Source: Camelus ferus (lineage: Eukaryota). From it: 64,000 bases of DNA. The stretch spans positions 16,804,001-16,868,000 of the forward strand of contig NC_045697.1 of assembly GCF_009834535.1 (NCBI RefSeq), given 5' to 3'. Under the pieces are notes generated by a model, which was given only the letters and a program-made list of their open reading frames with translations, made no database searches and was not told the origin of the DNA. The position numbers were made by a program, and so were the translations under genes. Shown here one piece after another: positions 24,536 to 37,983 of the stretch (the stretch's first letter is position 1; each line of letters starts with the position of its first letter).

Positions 24536-25805
24536 TTCATGAATTTCTGACCTTAACAAAATAATTTTCAAATTTCACCTCTTGCCATATTGATCCAAGT
24601 GTGTTCCAAAACAGTACCATCAACAGCGCAGCTCTCCTTGGGGTACACAAGGAACTGGTGAGTAGTGATGGAAGTAAGTAATTGAATTCACTGAAGAACA
24701 GCTGAAAATGTCCCTCTGAGAAGGGAATTGGTATCCATATTTAAATTTTGATTGTATCTAAATGATTCCCAATTTCTTACCCATTCTGCACAGTCAGATT
24801 TCACAGAACCAGTGGATTTTGCTGTTAATAATCACAGAATTTTTATCTGTTCTCCTCCGGTCTCCATTCTAAATATAGCACATTAAGATCATCCCAAATA
24901 AGAATAGGGTTTAGGACAAAAATCTCAGTCCTTTGAAACACCCACATTACTGTTATTTATTTAAAATTCATTTCCACACTTACTGAATCTGTGCGGCTCT
25001 GTTTCACCAGATCCCACTTAATGCTCATACATTTAGTATTAGTAAATTGGTCCCTTTGGGAATCTGAACTTAGGCGCACATAACGCTGCATCTTGGAATT
25101 CATAATTCTTTCATAATCACCCTCCACTTGGCATCTGTGAACTCACAAAGGCAGGTTTCCTCAGTGAGGATCTGTTCAGAGTCCAATATTTACATAAACA
25201 ATTTCTGTTTGGAGTGTAGGTTCCTTCATGCACCAATAACTGCTCTATCTATGTAGGTCTCTAAATTTCATGTTAAATAAATTTTAGCACTACAGAAATA
25301 TTTCAAGCCATCTTCACCATTGTTTTCAGCATGAAAAGTCATACAGATAGTCTAAAGAGGTATTCTGTGAATTTTTAATGGAATAAATGTAAGTACAATT
25401 TGAATCGTAAGTATTATTTGAGTTGCAGGAATAATTTCGGCATTTTTATGTTACCTTTATCCCCAGATAAAAATATCTTTGGGAGTAGGAACTATTTACC
25501 TATCCAGAACATAGTCCAGCAAATACCCACTGAATTAACATTTTAGTCAACCTGAGTTTGTCCCCTTATAAAATAAAAAACATGATTATGATTTTTTCAG
25601 GCAAAATAGAACATTGACTTTATGTCCTTCTTTTAATTGTGCACTCACTATATGCTTAAAATTTCTGCTTATCAAATCATCAGTGAGCAAAAGGAATTAT
25701 ATGCAACCTTGCTGTGGTTTGGTAAAGACAGCAGCCATCAGTGTAAGTAGGTATTACCTCTCTATAAAATAATTTACCACCATAAATGTAAAGTCTTTTA
25801 AAAAT

Positions 25806-26066
25806 AATAGATACACATTACTATATATGAAGTAGATAAACAACAAGGACCTGATATATAGGACAGAGAACTATATTCAGTTTCTTGCAATGAGCTGTAA
25901 TGGAAAAGAATCTGAAAAAAAAATACATATATATATATATATATACACATATATATGTATGTATGTGTATAACTGAATCACTTTGTTGTACATCTGAAAC
26001 TAATATTGTAAACTGACTACACTTTAATAAAAAATAAGAATAATAAAATAAAATAAAATAAAAAAC
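25806..26066 (+). mobile_element. Artiodactyl-type L1 3' end with internal (TA)n and A-rich tail
   Basis: ataaacaacaaggacctg..tataactgaatcactttgttgtacatctgaaactaa..ttgtaaactgactac, then an (A/TAAAA)n tail. Confidence 0.9.
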
Positions 26067-26079
26067 AAAAAGGCCTAAT

Positions 26080-26945
26080 CTTTGACCCAAATTTATGTAG
26101 AAAAGTGTTTTTTCTAAAGAAAATAATTTGAGGTTTCAAGGATACTAGGAAAGGATATTCACGTGGCATTGCTTTAAAAGTTGATACAAATGGGAAAACC
26201 TCCATGTCTGTCGATAGGGGGTTGGAGAAGGCAGTTATGGAACATTCACACCGTGTAAAAATGCAACCGTGCTCTTGGCCCGAGAAAGCAGAACATGACT
26301 CCCTGTCCCTGAAGGGTGGGCTATACATAGTGACTCGTGTCTGAAGAGTACAATCTGGAGTTCAGGGTAGGGAGTGACTTCACAGCGGAGAAACTGGACA
26401 CACGGACCTTGGTCAGGATCAAGGTTAACACCGCAGTTCATGTTGATAGCATGTACTCTTGACATGAAGCGTTGAAGATGGCTCTTCACCTTTGTGGGCT
26501 CCCCCCCCAGAAACCCATCACCCCAGTCTAAGCATGAGAGAGGCATCAGACAAATCCCAGCTGAGGCACATTCAATAAAATTCCTGACTAGGACTCCTCA
26601 ACACTGTCAAGGTCGTCAAAAACAAGGAGAGTCTGAGAAATCGTCCCAGCCTACAGAAACCAAGGGACACAAGACCACTTTTAGGAATTTAGTAATGTGG
26701 GATCCTGCGTGAGATCCCGGAACAGGAAAAGGGCAGAATGGAAAAACTAGTCAAATCGGATTAAAGAATGGAATTTAGTTAATAGCAATGTATCAGTATT
26801 GGTTCACTAGTTGTGACCAGCATGCTATAGTGCTATGATATTAAATTAGGTGAAACTGGTTACAAGGTATATGGGAATTCTCTGTACTGGATTTACAATT
26901 TTCCCACAAATTTAGAACTATTCTAAATTAAAAAGATGATTTGAA
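26080..26945 (+). mobile_element. Old L1 (L1MC/L1MD/L1ME-like) 3' UTR
   Basis: ccccagtctaagcatgag..catcagacaaatccc..actgtcaaggtc..aacaaggagagtctgagaa ... gtatatgggaattctctgtact. Confidence 0.8.
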
Positions 26946-26984
26946 ATAATACAGTCATGAAAAAAGATGATAAATAAACGTGTG

Positions 26985-27195
26985 CCCCACTTCCAGATTA
27001 AATTCGGTGTTGCCATGTGCCCTCACGGTGCCCTGAACTTCTATCGTAGGGCACAGATCACACGTATTTGATTTTTCAATTGTCTCTTTCCTGCTTCATG
27101 AGAGTAGAGGCTAATTCTACTCTGCAGAATTCTCCTAACACTGTGCATGACACATACAAGGTGCTTGGTAAATACCTATTAAATAAATGAATGGA
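26985..27195 (+). mobile_element. L2 3' end
   Basis: gcttcatgagagtagag ... ggtgcttggtaaatacctattaaataaatgaatg. Confidence 0.65.
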
Positions 27196-27274
27196 TTACC
27201 ATGCTGTCAAGTAAAAATGAAAAAAAAATAAATAAATTACAAAACACTGTGTAAAGCATGCTGTATCACATGGT

Positions 27275-27410
27275 AACTAGCCAACCTTGGGCAACTCAGT
27301 CCACAGCTCTGAGCCTCAGTTCCTCCATCTTTCAAACAAAGATGATCATTGCCCATATCCCATAGGTTTGTTCTGAGGATTCAAGGGTTAACACACATAA
27401 AATACATTGT
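27275..27410 (+). mobile_element. MIR core
   Basis: accttgggcaa..ctctgagcctcagttcctccatct. Confidence 0.8.
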
Positions 27411-29459
27411 TCTTTCCCCCCTCCACTCTTTGTCGCTCCATCATCCAAATGGAGTGGTTAAAACTATACATACATCTTAGAAGCTACATACCTAAAGTGA
27501 ACAATGTTTGCCACTTCCAGATATGTATTTTTAACCATTTTCAATTTACTTTTGTTTATCTCTGTTCATTATTTTTAGATATGAAAATATATTACACTTG
27601 CTAAAAATATCAATAAAAAGAAAAATAAGTAAACATACATATGCATGCACCGAGAGACATAGCAAAAATACACAGGATATTATTCTGGCCTCCAAATAAT
27701 TTACAACTAGCTGAAGAAACAAGAGACAAAACTGTTGCTGGAAAGTTGAAGAACCACTCAGTAAAGCAATACAAAGGATGCCTTACAATAATCTCTGATG
27801 AGCAGGCAAGTGACCAGAAGAAGCAACCATTAGGACAGTACATGAGACAAAGGATGAGGCTATGAGATGACAGCTGGGGACAGAGTGGCAGTTCAGGTGG
27901 TCCTACAGGAGGGACAGCGTCAGGGAAAGCACAGTTAATGGAAGCTCAGGTGTGAGAGGCACAAAGTATATCCTCACATCAGTCTGGATTCTTTAAGTCC
28001 CCAAGTCCCCAAGTCCATGTTTTTAAAAACTCCTGATTAATAAAACACTCATCAAGCCTTCCTAATCCACTCCCATTGCATAGAAAGAGGAACAAAAGAT
28101 CAAAAGAAGCCTAACCTGATTTCTGAATTTACATTTCCAACGCGAGTGACGCACATGTCCGGATGGTCACCCTCATGTGACCTGCAGATGTGAGTCACAA
28201 ACGGCTGGAGATGCAGAGCTGGCACCACCCAGAGCAGCTGGAAGCAGACCCAGAATGACAGGCCAGCCGCTCCCCCTCCTGGGGCAGAAACAGCTCCCTC
28301 CACATCAGAGGGCAGCCCAGGGTATCTTTAGGATGCCAGGCTCCCAGACAGCAGGGGAGTGAAAAGCAGCGGGCCGCTAATCTCGCTTCATGACTTGACA
28401 GCACATCGTGGGGTACATGCTGTCTCCCATTCCCCCAGAAAAGAGTACCCGTTTTGTCTACGAGGAGAATTTATGGACTTTTAAAAATAGATTTTGCCAA
28501 ACAATCGTGTGGGCAAATGCTGACTTGCAGTCTGGGAGCGATCTCTTCGTCAGGCCCAGCAAGATGAAAGCAGGTTCTATTTTCATCGTGAGAGAGCTGC
28601 ACGCGGGCGTGGAAGCAACAAAGGCGAAATTCACCTTTCCTCTCCATCGAGCCGAGCCCCTCACCAGCCTAAGCGGGGCTGGCTCCAACAATCACCAAAA
28701 TACCGTGCGCGGGGGGCGCAGCGGCTTCTGCTTGAAGAATGGCACCGTGGGGCTCTGAATCCAGGACAGGAGGATTTCCCAGTGCCCAGCTCCGGCTCAA
28801 AGGACAGAAAAATTCTTTCCTACTCTGATGTGCCAGGAACTTGACAGTAGAATAGTATTAGCAGCAAGAGCCGCAAAAGTACAGTGCATCCCAGACAGGC
28901 AAGAATGAAAAGAGGACACGGATAAAGCCTGCTCCGAGAGTGTCAGGGATTGGTTCTTTTTTTGATCTCTTTGGTTTTACCCCCAGGGCAGATTGTGCCC
29001 TGCAAGCCTGGAGTCTAAGAGTAGTTTCAGTATATTTCTTTCCTGGTGGGGAGGTTTAAAAAATGTTTTTTAACACGTGTAGGTATGTTATGTATTTTGC
29101 TCTGTTATGAACTGCTACAGGATAGTATTTTTGAATGTTCACATGGTACCTCTCATGTAAATATCTCCTTACAACAATGAAGCTGAACCCAAGGAGCCCA
29201 GTGGTGCGCTCCGCCTCTGGCAGGTTAGTGCGAAATTCGATTTGTACCAATCAGCCTCTGGCTACTGAAGCATGTAATATACTACATGTGACAATTCCCT
29301 GTCTCACGACATCCACTTTTCCCCCCCGGAGGTTCCCTGGTGCCAGCTAACTGGGAGCAATCACCACGGTGAGAGAATTCAGTATAATGAAGGGTCAAGT
29401 TCAAAACCCATTAATAATGAAGCTGACGGTGAGGATCCTACCAGTACTAATACGAAAAA

Positions 29460-29706
29460 CGGCAGCTAATAATTATTGCATGCCTACTATGTGCCAAGCA
29501 CAGTACTACATGCTTTACATAGATGATTTCGCTTTACCTCCAAAACAATCCCATAAGGTAGATATAATTATTATTGCTGTTTAACGGATGGGGAAATGGA
29601 GACAAGGAACTGGATCAGTCTGCACAAGGTCACACTGTGGTATCAGTGGAGCTGGAATTTGAACTTGGGCAGTGTCAGCCCAGAGGCCACACTCTGGTCC
29701 ACCGCT
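29460..29706 (-). mobile_element. Near full-length MIR
   Basis: gcctactatgtgccaagcac..gctttaca ... caaggtcacac..gagctggaatttgaac. Confidence 0.9.
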
Positions 29707-30254
29707 CAGATCACACCCATATCCTCCCCAAGGCTTTGTTTACAACCCTTCAGTGCAGACAGGAAACAGAAGCCCCTAAGTGGAGACAGGGCCCATCGGA
29801 TTTCACAGGCAGTACATGTGGACACCAGGCTCCCCTCAGGTCCAGCAGAAGAGCCACTATTCTGCAGCTGCTGGGTCCGTCCATCGCACAGCGGGCGTGC
29901 AGCAGCCTGTGAGGGCAGCCTGGTGGAGAGAGGTACCGTAATTGCCGGTGTGGGAGGCAGAGAGCGGGCACGAGGGAAATGACGTGTGTTCTCCCTCCCT
30001 GCTGTGCGGAGCTCCACATTTGCTTCCTCTCCATCTCAGAAGCTCAGCAGGACCTGGGGAGCCAAGCCGAGGCAGGAGGGACAGTCCTTCCCTGGCTATG
30101 ACAAGCCCTCTGTCAAGAGCCTTCTTATTTGGCCACTCAGCTTAAGTTTCCGTTTGGGAAAGACCACTCTGTGTCCTCGTGCTTCCCGAATCCTTATCAG
30201 CCAGGAATGTAGTCACACGCCTCTCTGTCTGAAAACCCTCTGCTGTGGATCACG

Positions 30255-30400
30255 ATTCTTTGATTCTTTAATGCATTCGTCCATTCAACAAATGTTTACC
30301 GAGTACCACTCTGTCTCAGGCACCATGTAGCTGGAATAAACGATGAATGAAAAACGCCATGGCTAACTTCAAAGGGTTCAGCAATGATTAAGGAATACAA
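30255..30400 (-). mobile_element. L2 3' terminal fragment
   Basis: cattcaacaaatgtttaccgagtacc..tcaggcacc. Confidence 0.75.
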
Positions 30401-30519
30401 AACTCTGGTCCCTCTACAGATGTGTATTGATACATCCTACAGAGCACAGATGTCTCCGTGGGGAAGGAAGGAGGGGGAGGAAGGGGGCAGGGGGATAAGA
30501 CGAATTTCCTAGGGAGCAG

Positions 30520-30640
30520 CGTCTGTGTGACAGTCCCTGTCCTAGATGCTTTCCACACATCCAATTTAATCCTTCCTCCAGTTCTGAGAGGCAAGTACTG
30601 CAGCCCCTTTTTCACAGCCACCTGAGGGACAGAGGTTCAA
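30520..30640 (-). mobile_element. MIR fragment
   Basis: ctgtcctagatgcttt..atttaatcctt..gaggcaagtact. Confidence 0.6.
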
Positions 30641-30779
30641 CACCATCTGCTCCCGATGCAATGAAGGCTTCACAATTCCTACCTGGGAGCCCCTGGGGGG
30701 CTGAAGCCCAGCTGGACTAGGAAGCTCTCGGGGGCTTGTCTTGAAGCTGTATTTGCAGAGAGAATATTTCTATTTACTT

Positions 30780-30909
30780 AGGGACACCACACATCCCAGT
30801 GTCTTCAGGGCAGACCTGGTTCATGCCAGTGGTCCCTCAGTAATGATTATGAACTCCTCTTTTCACTTTTAAGTGTTCCATTTTGATGCTAAATTACATG
30901 GGCATCCTA
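30780..30909. mobile_element. Short hAT-Blackjack (MER81/MER94-like) element
   Basis: Degenerate terminal inverted repeats tagggacacca ... tgggcatccta, about 130 bp. Confidence 0.45.
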
Positions 30910-32624
30910 TTTTGGCTTCAGTTTTACTCTTATTTGAATTGGCTTGGTGAAGACTGGTGGACATTGTCAGAGCTAAACCTTCTGTTTCCCAAGCCAGAAC
31001 TTTGGAGTTCCCAGAGCCAAAAGGGTGGGATTCTTCCCCAAATTATGCAACTCCAGATCCAGTGCTCTCTCCCCCCAGCACATCTGCTTCTTCTGAGAAT
31101 CGCAGCTAGAGAGGGACTTAGAATCTGACTCCCAAACCACATCACTCTATTGGCCTAAACTAGTTCTTCTCTGTGTATTTCAAGTCACAAGGCAGTTAGA
31201 GAGCTGAATGGCACAGTACTGGTTCAACGAAGATCATTTCTGAATTAGCTGCCCATTATTAGGAAGTCAGAATAAAGATCAATTAACAGACCCATCAGAA
31301 ACTCAAGGAGCCCACATACAGACATGGATCAAGTACAGCTTCGCTCATCCGCCAAAAAGTCAACACAATTTCTAATTTATCCAACCACACGTGGGATGAT
31401 GTGCACAAAAGAAACAAAGGAAAACATCATGAAGCTTGCAACTGTCGGCTCTCTCTGTGCTGGGCCGTTCCATTACGGAAGTCCCAAAGCACTGAGCAAA
31501 GCACTAAATTACGTACAGGTAGTGGCTGCATATAGGCTGCCAGCCGGCTTTCCGCAACATCCCCCATATGGCTAGGAACACTTGTGCCAGTTAATTAGCA
31601 CTGGCATTAATCGAGAGAAGGAACATTGACCAGGACATCGAGGTTATCCTTAGACTATTTCAGTGTGTCATGTGATCATTCCTTCCATCTGTTATCAACA
31701 TACCTCACACTTAATCCAGTAAATAAACTCCCTACCATTTTAAGCAAATGGATTCCATTTTGCCAGGTCTCTTTAGACTTTGCAAATCTCATTGTTTTTT
31801 TTTCCCCCTTCAATCTATATTCTGAAGTGTCACAGTGTCCTGATGTGAATTCAAGGACAGGAGCCACCCCTTCCCCCATCCATGGAACCCTGGGGAAGGA
31901 GCCATTAGAGGCTGGAGGAATGAAAACAACCACATGCCATCGCTCACTCAAATGCATATTTTTCACTTTGCAGCTACCCTACAAATCTGCCTTGTTTTCT
32001 TTCCATGCTCACAATTCTGCTGAAAGCACGCAGAAAATAAAGCCCATTATTCAAATGAATTTCACCGGGCACTAAAAATGTGACTGAGTTTAGACGGAAA
32101 CCCATTTCAAAAGGGCTCTCCTCTGAAATGGATGATGCCTCGCTAGGTATAAAACACTCGGGTACTTAGAAAAGCAGATAGGAAATAGTCCAACCCCCAA
32201 ACACTTCATTGGCAAATTGACTCATCATAGATTTAGACCCAAAGTAGATTTCCAATTCACTTGCTAGAAGGATAGAGAGCCCATGCATTTTTAGCAACAC
32301 TGATAAAAATCTTCCCTGAGAAACTTGTCTTCAAGAGTCTGTTTTCTTACCCTAAGAAAAGCTCTATATTCAATATATGATCAATCTCTAACATTTCTCT
32401 ATCGACCTCTTCCATAGACTTCTTTCCTCTCCAACACTACCTCCAAGGCCAACTCTCATTAAATTGAGGAATATGTACATCGTTTGCCCAGTACACGAGA
32501 TGGCCTTTAGGAAGAGACCAAAACCACTTGAAAGCTACATGAGGTCATCGCGTGTTGGTCAGATGAAAGGAAAAATAATGCCTGATCATGGTGGAACTTC
32601 TCTCAGTGCTGAGACATCTTAGAA

Positions 32625-32810
32625 TAATGAGTAGAAAGCACTGGACCTGACTCAGGAAGATCAGGGTTCAAATCCTGCTACCTCCAAAATGGCGACCTTG
32701 GGAAAATGGCTTGATCTCTTGTGGCTAAAAGAAAAAAAATGACAATAAGATCTCTATTCTCTCCAAATGACAGAGTAGGCTTGAGAATCCAGTGTGATAA
32801 CGGGCACTTT
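32625..32810 (+). mobile_element. MIR SINE
   Basis: gcactggac..cagggttcaaatcctg..gaccttgggaaa. Confidence 0.7.
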
Positions 32811-33159
32811 TATCACCACCTGACTCACTGGGGATGTGGCTTGTAGTGATAATCAAGGTTGGTTCCCTTCTCTGTTACTTCATATAAAAGGTATTACCTA
32901 ACCCTGCAATTTAGTTTTAACAAAAAGTACAACTTAGTCCTTCGGGTAGCTTAGTGTGATGAAGCGGACACTTACTGGTCTAATTTTACCCCAAGCACAG
33001 GGAAAATCCAAAAGTCATCTCAGGAGCCAATTAATCAGAGAGAGATAATTAAATTTTACACATTGGACTAAGTTTTAACTAGGACACTAGAGCTACCTTG
33101 AGGATTACATAGCGTTTCTTGCTCTGGGGAAAATGAAATTCGTACGATTATACAATTGG

Positions 33160-33530
33160 CCAGTTCAACAAATGCTTATTGATGATCTGCTTCGTGCCAG
33201 GTCCTGCACACTCTGGATACGGATGGGACTTTAGACTTTCCCTGACTTGGAAAGCCACGTGGTCCAGGAGGCAAAGTCAAACACACAGACATGATGTGAT
33301 ACATGACCAGTAAATGATGAGATAGAGGTCCACAGAGAACTGGGGGATGGTTTCCTATAAGGGATGCCAGGTTTGAGTCAAGATGAGGGACTAGGAAACA
33401 GGAAGGGGATGCCAGGCAGAGGGAGCAGCACTAACAAGACCCTACACGGAACCCTTCCAGAGAGCGAGACGCCGTTCCTTTTTACTGGAAAATAAACGTG
33501 AAAGCAAAGTCTGGGACATGAGGCTAGGGA
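33160..33530 (-). mobile_element. L2 fragment
   Basis: ttcaacaaatgcttattga..gtgccaggtcctg ... ccaggcagagggagcagca. Confidence 0.65.
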
Positions 33531-34399
33531 GTATGACAAACAGATAACCTAAGAATAGGAGAAATGGTGCCACGAACTATCCGAGGATTCTTTACTTTAC
33601 CATCAATACATCACACAGTTTTTTCTTAAAATGAAGATCAAAACAGACAAGCAAAATGCATTCCCATTTGTAAAGCCCAGGCTTACGGTAGTTTCCGAAG
33701 AAAGCATCTATTACCCAAATAAGGAACAGCGGGATACACACAAAGATGGAGACAACAGCCTCAGGGATGCTGAAAAGCATCCTTTGACTGAAACTCACAA
33801 AACACTACTTTAGAGTTTAGAAGGAAAAACCTGGAGTGTAGCAATCCTGCTCTCACCTCCTCAGTTTATTGATTGGAGTAATTTGCAGTCTCTCAATCTA
33901 GAACCCATTCATGAAAAAGTAAATCCTCTCCCTTCTGCCCTACCAGGAAAGCCACTGCCTTCACCTCCAGGATGATGCTTCAGAAGTCTAACATTCCTAC
34001 CCTATTCATCAGTGATATGTGTAAATATTTGAACAGTTATTAACGAAAGCTCAGGCTGAAAGGTAGTTGTTCATCTGGAAAGTGTCTGTAGATTGAATAA
34101 TTCTGTTTATAACTCATGGTCATTTCCTTCCACTTTCTCATCACAATTTACCACGTGGGACACACTGGCCCATGGTTGTCCTGTGTGTTCTGGTTTAACC
34201 AAGGCTCTTGTACAAACTAAAGTCTACAGCACAACTTTAAACATTATATTGCATATTATTCTTCTCACAATCTTCCCTAAGAACACCCTCCCCCATTCAC
34301 AGGCTCACAGGGGTCTCCAGAAGAGAATCTAAAACATGAAATTGTATATTTCAAATACCTGAATTGGAAAGCAGGATACAATGTTCATTTTATTTTTCA

Positions 34400-35090
34400 C
34401 TATTTTGCGGGTTAGTCTTCTGCCTCCCCTCCCTCCTCAACCCCTCCAATGCGTTCCTCATCCTTGTCTGCTTGACTCTACACCTGAGGATGCCCGTGTG
34501 CATACAGCCTCACCTGGGCTTTTTGCCTGGGAGCTCCATGTAGGATTCAGCCAAAAGAAAGAGTCATCAGGAAACCAAAGGGGTGATGAGAGAGATTCAA
34601 GGCATTTCTCTCCCACTCCCTCCCTGTTTCTGGGCTGCCTTCTTAGCCGCAGCTGTGTCCCTCTACAACGTCACCTCTGATTAAGTGGCTCCCCACTCCC
34701 TCCCTTAACCCCATGACATCACCTCTCTTGGGGTAACACTGTGTCCTCTCCTTTTCCTGTGGTCCTAGGCTTAGCTAGGTTTTATGGAGCCCAAAACTTG
34801 CAAAATTCAATTTTTAAATTTTATTTAAAAATATATGACCATGGGAACATATCACAGACCTCTCTCAGGACCTTGGAAACAGTCTGTATAATGAGGAACC
34901 CTGAATCCTACACATGTTTCGCTGGTAAGTCCCCTCTCTGCTGAAGACTTCCAGTTTGGGCTAGCTTCTTGATGCACTAACATGCCTGTTTCTTCTCTTT
35001 ACAAGCTCACTCCTCTATAAGGAGACCCTTCATTAAAGTTTCTTCATTCAAACAATCTGTGTCGATTCTGAGTCCCACAGAAATCCTTGC
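34400..35090 (+). mobile_element. LTR33-like (ERVL) solo LTR with an internal insertion at about 34770-34940
   Basis: ggattcagccaa..gagagagattcaaggcattt..ctccctccctg and 3' cccttcattaaagtttcttca resemble LTR33. Confidence 0.55.
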
Positions 35091-37744
35091 CCATGAGCCA
35101 ATTCTAACATATTATGTGATGATTTGATGGACAAACTTGCTTTCTTTCCCTTCTGCCTACCTCCCTGGGAGACATGAAATTTTCCTATAACTGAGTCTAA
35201 ACATTAAGTCTTTCTTTCCAAAAGCAGAAATAAAAAAAATAAACTAGGCAGGACTAGAAGGAAATAGCATTCTCTCTGATGAGCTTTTCCAAGCAGGTCA
35301 TAAGCTAAATGTATTGGGTCTATCCTCACGAAACATGTAAAAGAAACATGACAGCACCTTTCCAAAGACATGTTTGGTCAACTATGAGTTTTAGCAGCTG
35401 TAATTGCAAAGCAGCTATCCAGCATTTTTATTGCTATTCCTTTTGAATAAACATCTTAGTAACCACCCAAAACAAAGCATTATTGTGTTACAGAAGCAGA
35501 GAGAACTTTATTATAAAGCCACGTTGGTTTGGCTCGAACCATACTAAGTATACAATCCTGCAGGTGTTTAATGCAGACGTTTGAATGATTAGCCCCTCCC
35601 TTTTACTGTAATGTCCAGGGTCTGCATCATTAGACTATAGAGCAAAATCCCCAGTGAAGTGGCCAGAACTTTATTTCCCTGAACATCCAAAGCCCACTCA
35701 GATGTTTGTTCCTTTTTAATTATCTGAACCATGGCATTTCTTATGTCCACAGACGGAAAACTGGGTAGCAAAAGAAATGGTGGCCATTTTACAATGGATT
35801 CAAGTTGTCAAACGACTTCACCTTCCAAAGTTAGAAACTCTAAGAGCTACGTGCCAAGAAGAAAACACAAGGCTACATTGTCACATGTGGAAATATACAA
35901 TAGTATTCCAGTAACCTCATATGATAAAAGTGCTTCAAATTAGAACAGTGCATTCATTGTTTCAAAGAGTTTTCATAAGACTACGCTGCCCAGTAAGAAA
36001 TATTCAGTCAAATTTCCTTTGAAATATGTTTTTTTTCCTCTATATCATCAGTTATCCACCTAACCCCCTACAGTTTTGTTTTTATTTTTTTAACTCTTCA
36101 TAGCAACTTCACAACTAAGAATTTAAATTGCTTATGGATGCTGGCTATCTTGCTTGGCCAAGTTGAAATTTACATTATCAAATTTTGACTACATTAGTGT
36201 TTCTAGGATGGAAAAGAAAGGAATGAGAAGATGAGGTCTTCATAGCAAATTCAGCATACTAAATGTGGTGCAGAAAATCAGCATACTTATTTTTTTTTCA
36301 CTCTGGTAGTTTAGTGATGCTAACTGTGGTAATATCCAGCTTTTATATATTGCATATTCACTACTTAATTGCACATTTATTAATATGTTAGTAAACAAAA
36401 ACATATGTGTTAAGTATGGTCATTTTAAAGGCTTTTTTTGGACAATTTTGTACTATTTGTAATTTAAATGTAATATATATTCTTTTATATTTTAAAGAAT
36501 TCTAGAAGTTTCTTTCATACTGTTTACATTTAAGATCTTCTAGAACGAGCTCACAATTAAATGTTTAATTTGAAGAGGTTTAAATAAAAGCTTGAAATAT
36601 TCTCAATAATTACATAACATAATTTTTGGCATAATTCTAATAGACGCCAATAAGCAATATAAATGCTCATTAACAAAGCAAATTAAGATGGAGAATAAGA
36701 ATAGAAATAGAAAGCATGTATGTATTTATCTCTACAATGTTGTGAAGAAATAGACTGTTTCCTATGAAGAGGCAATATTCTGTTCTTTTTCCTTTGTAAT
36801 AATTATAACATGTTAGAAAGCTGAGTCTGGTTTCTCTATTTCCTAACTCCTAAGAGGCGGTTCTAAGAAAAGATATTTACAATAATTGAAGATCCACGGA
36901 AATTATCTGATACTTAACACCAGAGCCTAGTATTATATTCACTACCAGGAAACAGCTGCACATAAATTCTCAGTTCTGCTGTTGTCTTGCTCTTTGCATC
37001 AAGCGTCCCTGGATATCAGTATTTGCTAGAAGAGATATCAGAGTGTAGCTAATAAGAAAAAGCAGAGGTAAAAAGGCAGGAACATTTCATTTTTCTTGAA
37101 ACAGCATCTTTCTTTTGAGGAAAAGTTATACTTCAATTGAGGAGATAACCAAAATGTTTATCTACATTCAATTTAAGTTCAAATCAAGGTCCAAGGATTA
37201 AATACCAGTGTGGTTATTTGCAGCATTCCCTCAAAATGGGAAAACTAGCCAAGATGGTGATTTTCTTTTATTGATGCTTTTAAAACGTATTCAAAACACC
37301 CCATACTTGTGTTACTACTAATAAATGTTAATTCTTTACCCTAGAAAACCTCTGGAAATACACACAGCATCTGCCCAGAATATAAAACAACGTTGATTTA
37401 TGCCTTGAATGTAGAGTTACAATGAATAACAAAGAAATTCATTATGATGGCATAAAAATATCAAAATAAATTTCTCCCTAGTATCTATACCACATTGTAG
37501 GTTATTAATATCATTATTCATGACAGGCTTAACTACTGATGTAAAGGAACAATTTTCTTTATTACTATGCATTCCTCTAAAATTGGTTAGTTGGGCAAGG
37601 GCAGAAATCTTGGTAAGTTAGAGTGAATATTCAGGTAAACACAGCAGTGTTAGATGTACCTGAAAGGAACTCTGCATTGGTGAGAAACATACAGGAGTAA
37701 AGTAAAAGGCCTGGGATGTACCTCATTTATTAATATTTTTATTG

Positions 37745-37975
37745 AGTAATAAGAATAATCGCTGATATGTACTGAGCACTTACTGTGTGCTAGTCTTCGG
37801 GGTACATAGAATAGGTGCCTTATTCCCCTTTACTCACATGATTCCATGGGCTGGAAATTGTATCTTCATTTTATAAGTGAAAAAAAATCAAAACAGAGAG
37901 ATTTTAGGCAACTGCATGTGGACAAAGAGCAGCAGTAGGACCAGAACTTAGGTCTTCCTAACTCCCAAGTCCTTT
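37745..37975 (-). mobile_element. MIR SINE
   Basis: actgagcacttactgtgtgc ... cattttataagtg ... aggtcttcctaactcccaagtcc. Confidence 0.75.
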
Positions 37976-37983
37976 CTCTAAAT

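Noticed and set aside
24010..24540. 176-aa minus-strand ORF
   Set aside because: Starts in a CT-rich low-complexity tract; no protein similarity recognised.
27995..28016. Tandem AAGTCCCC x2.75
   Set aside because: Ordinary slippage micro-duplication.
30683..30746. Minus-strand exon-like unit with CAG|GTAGGA donor
   Set aside because: Mediocre acceptor tract and wedged between repeats; likely a pseudo-exon.
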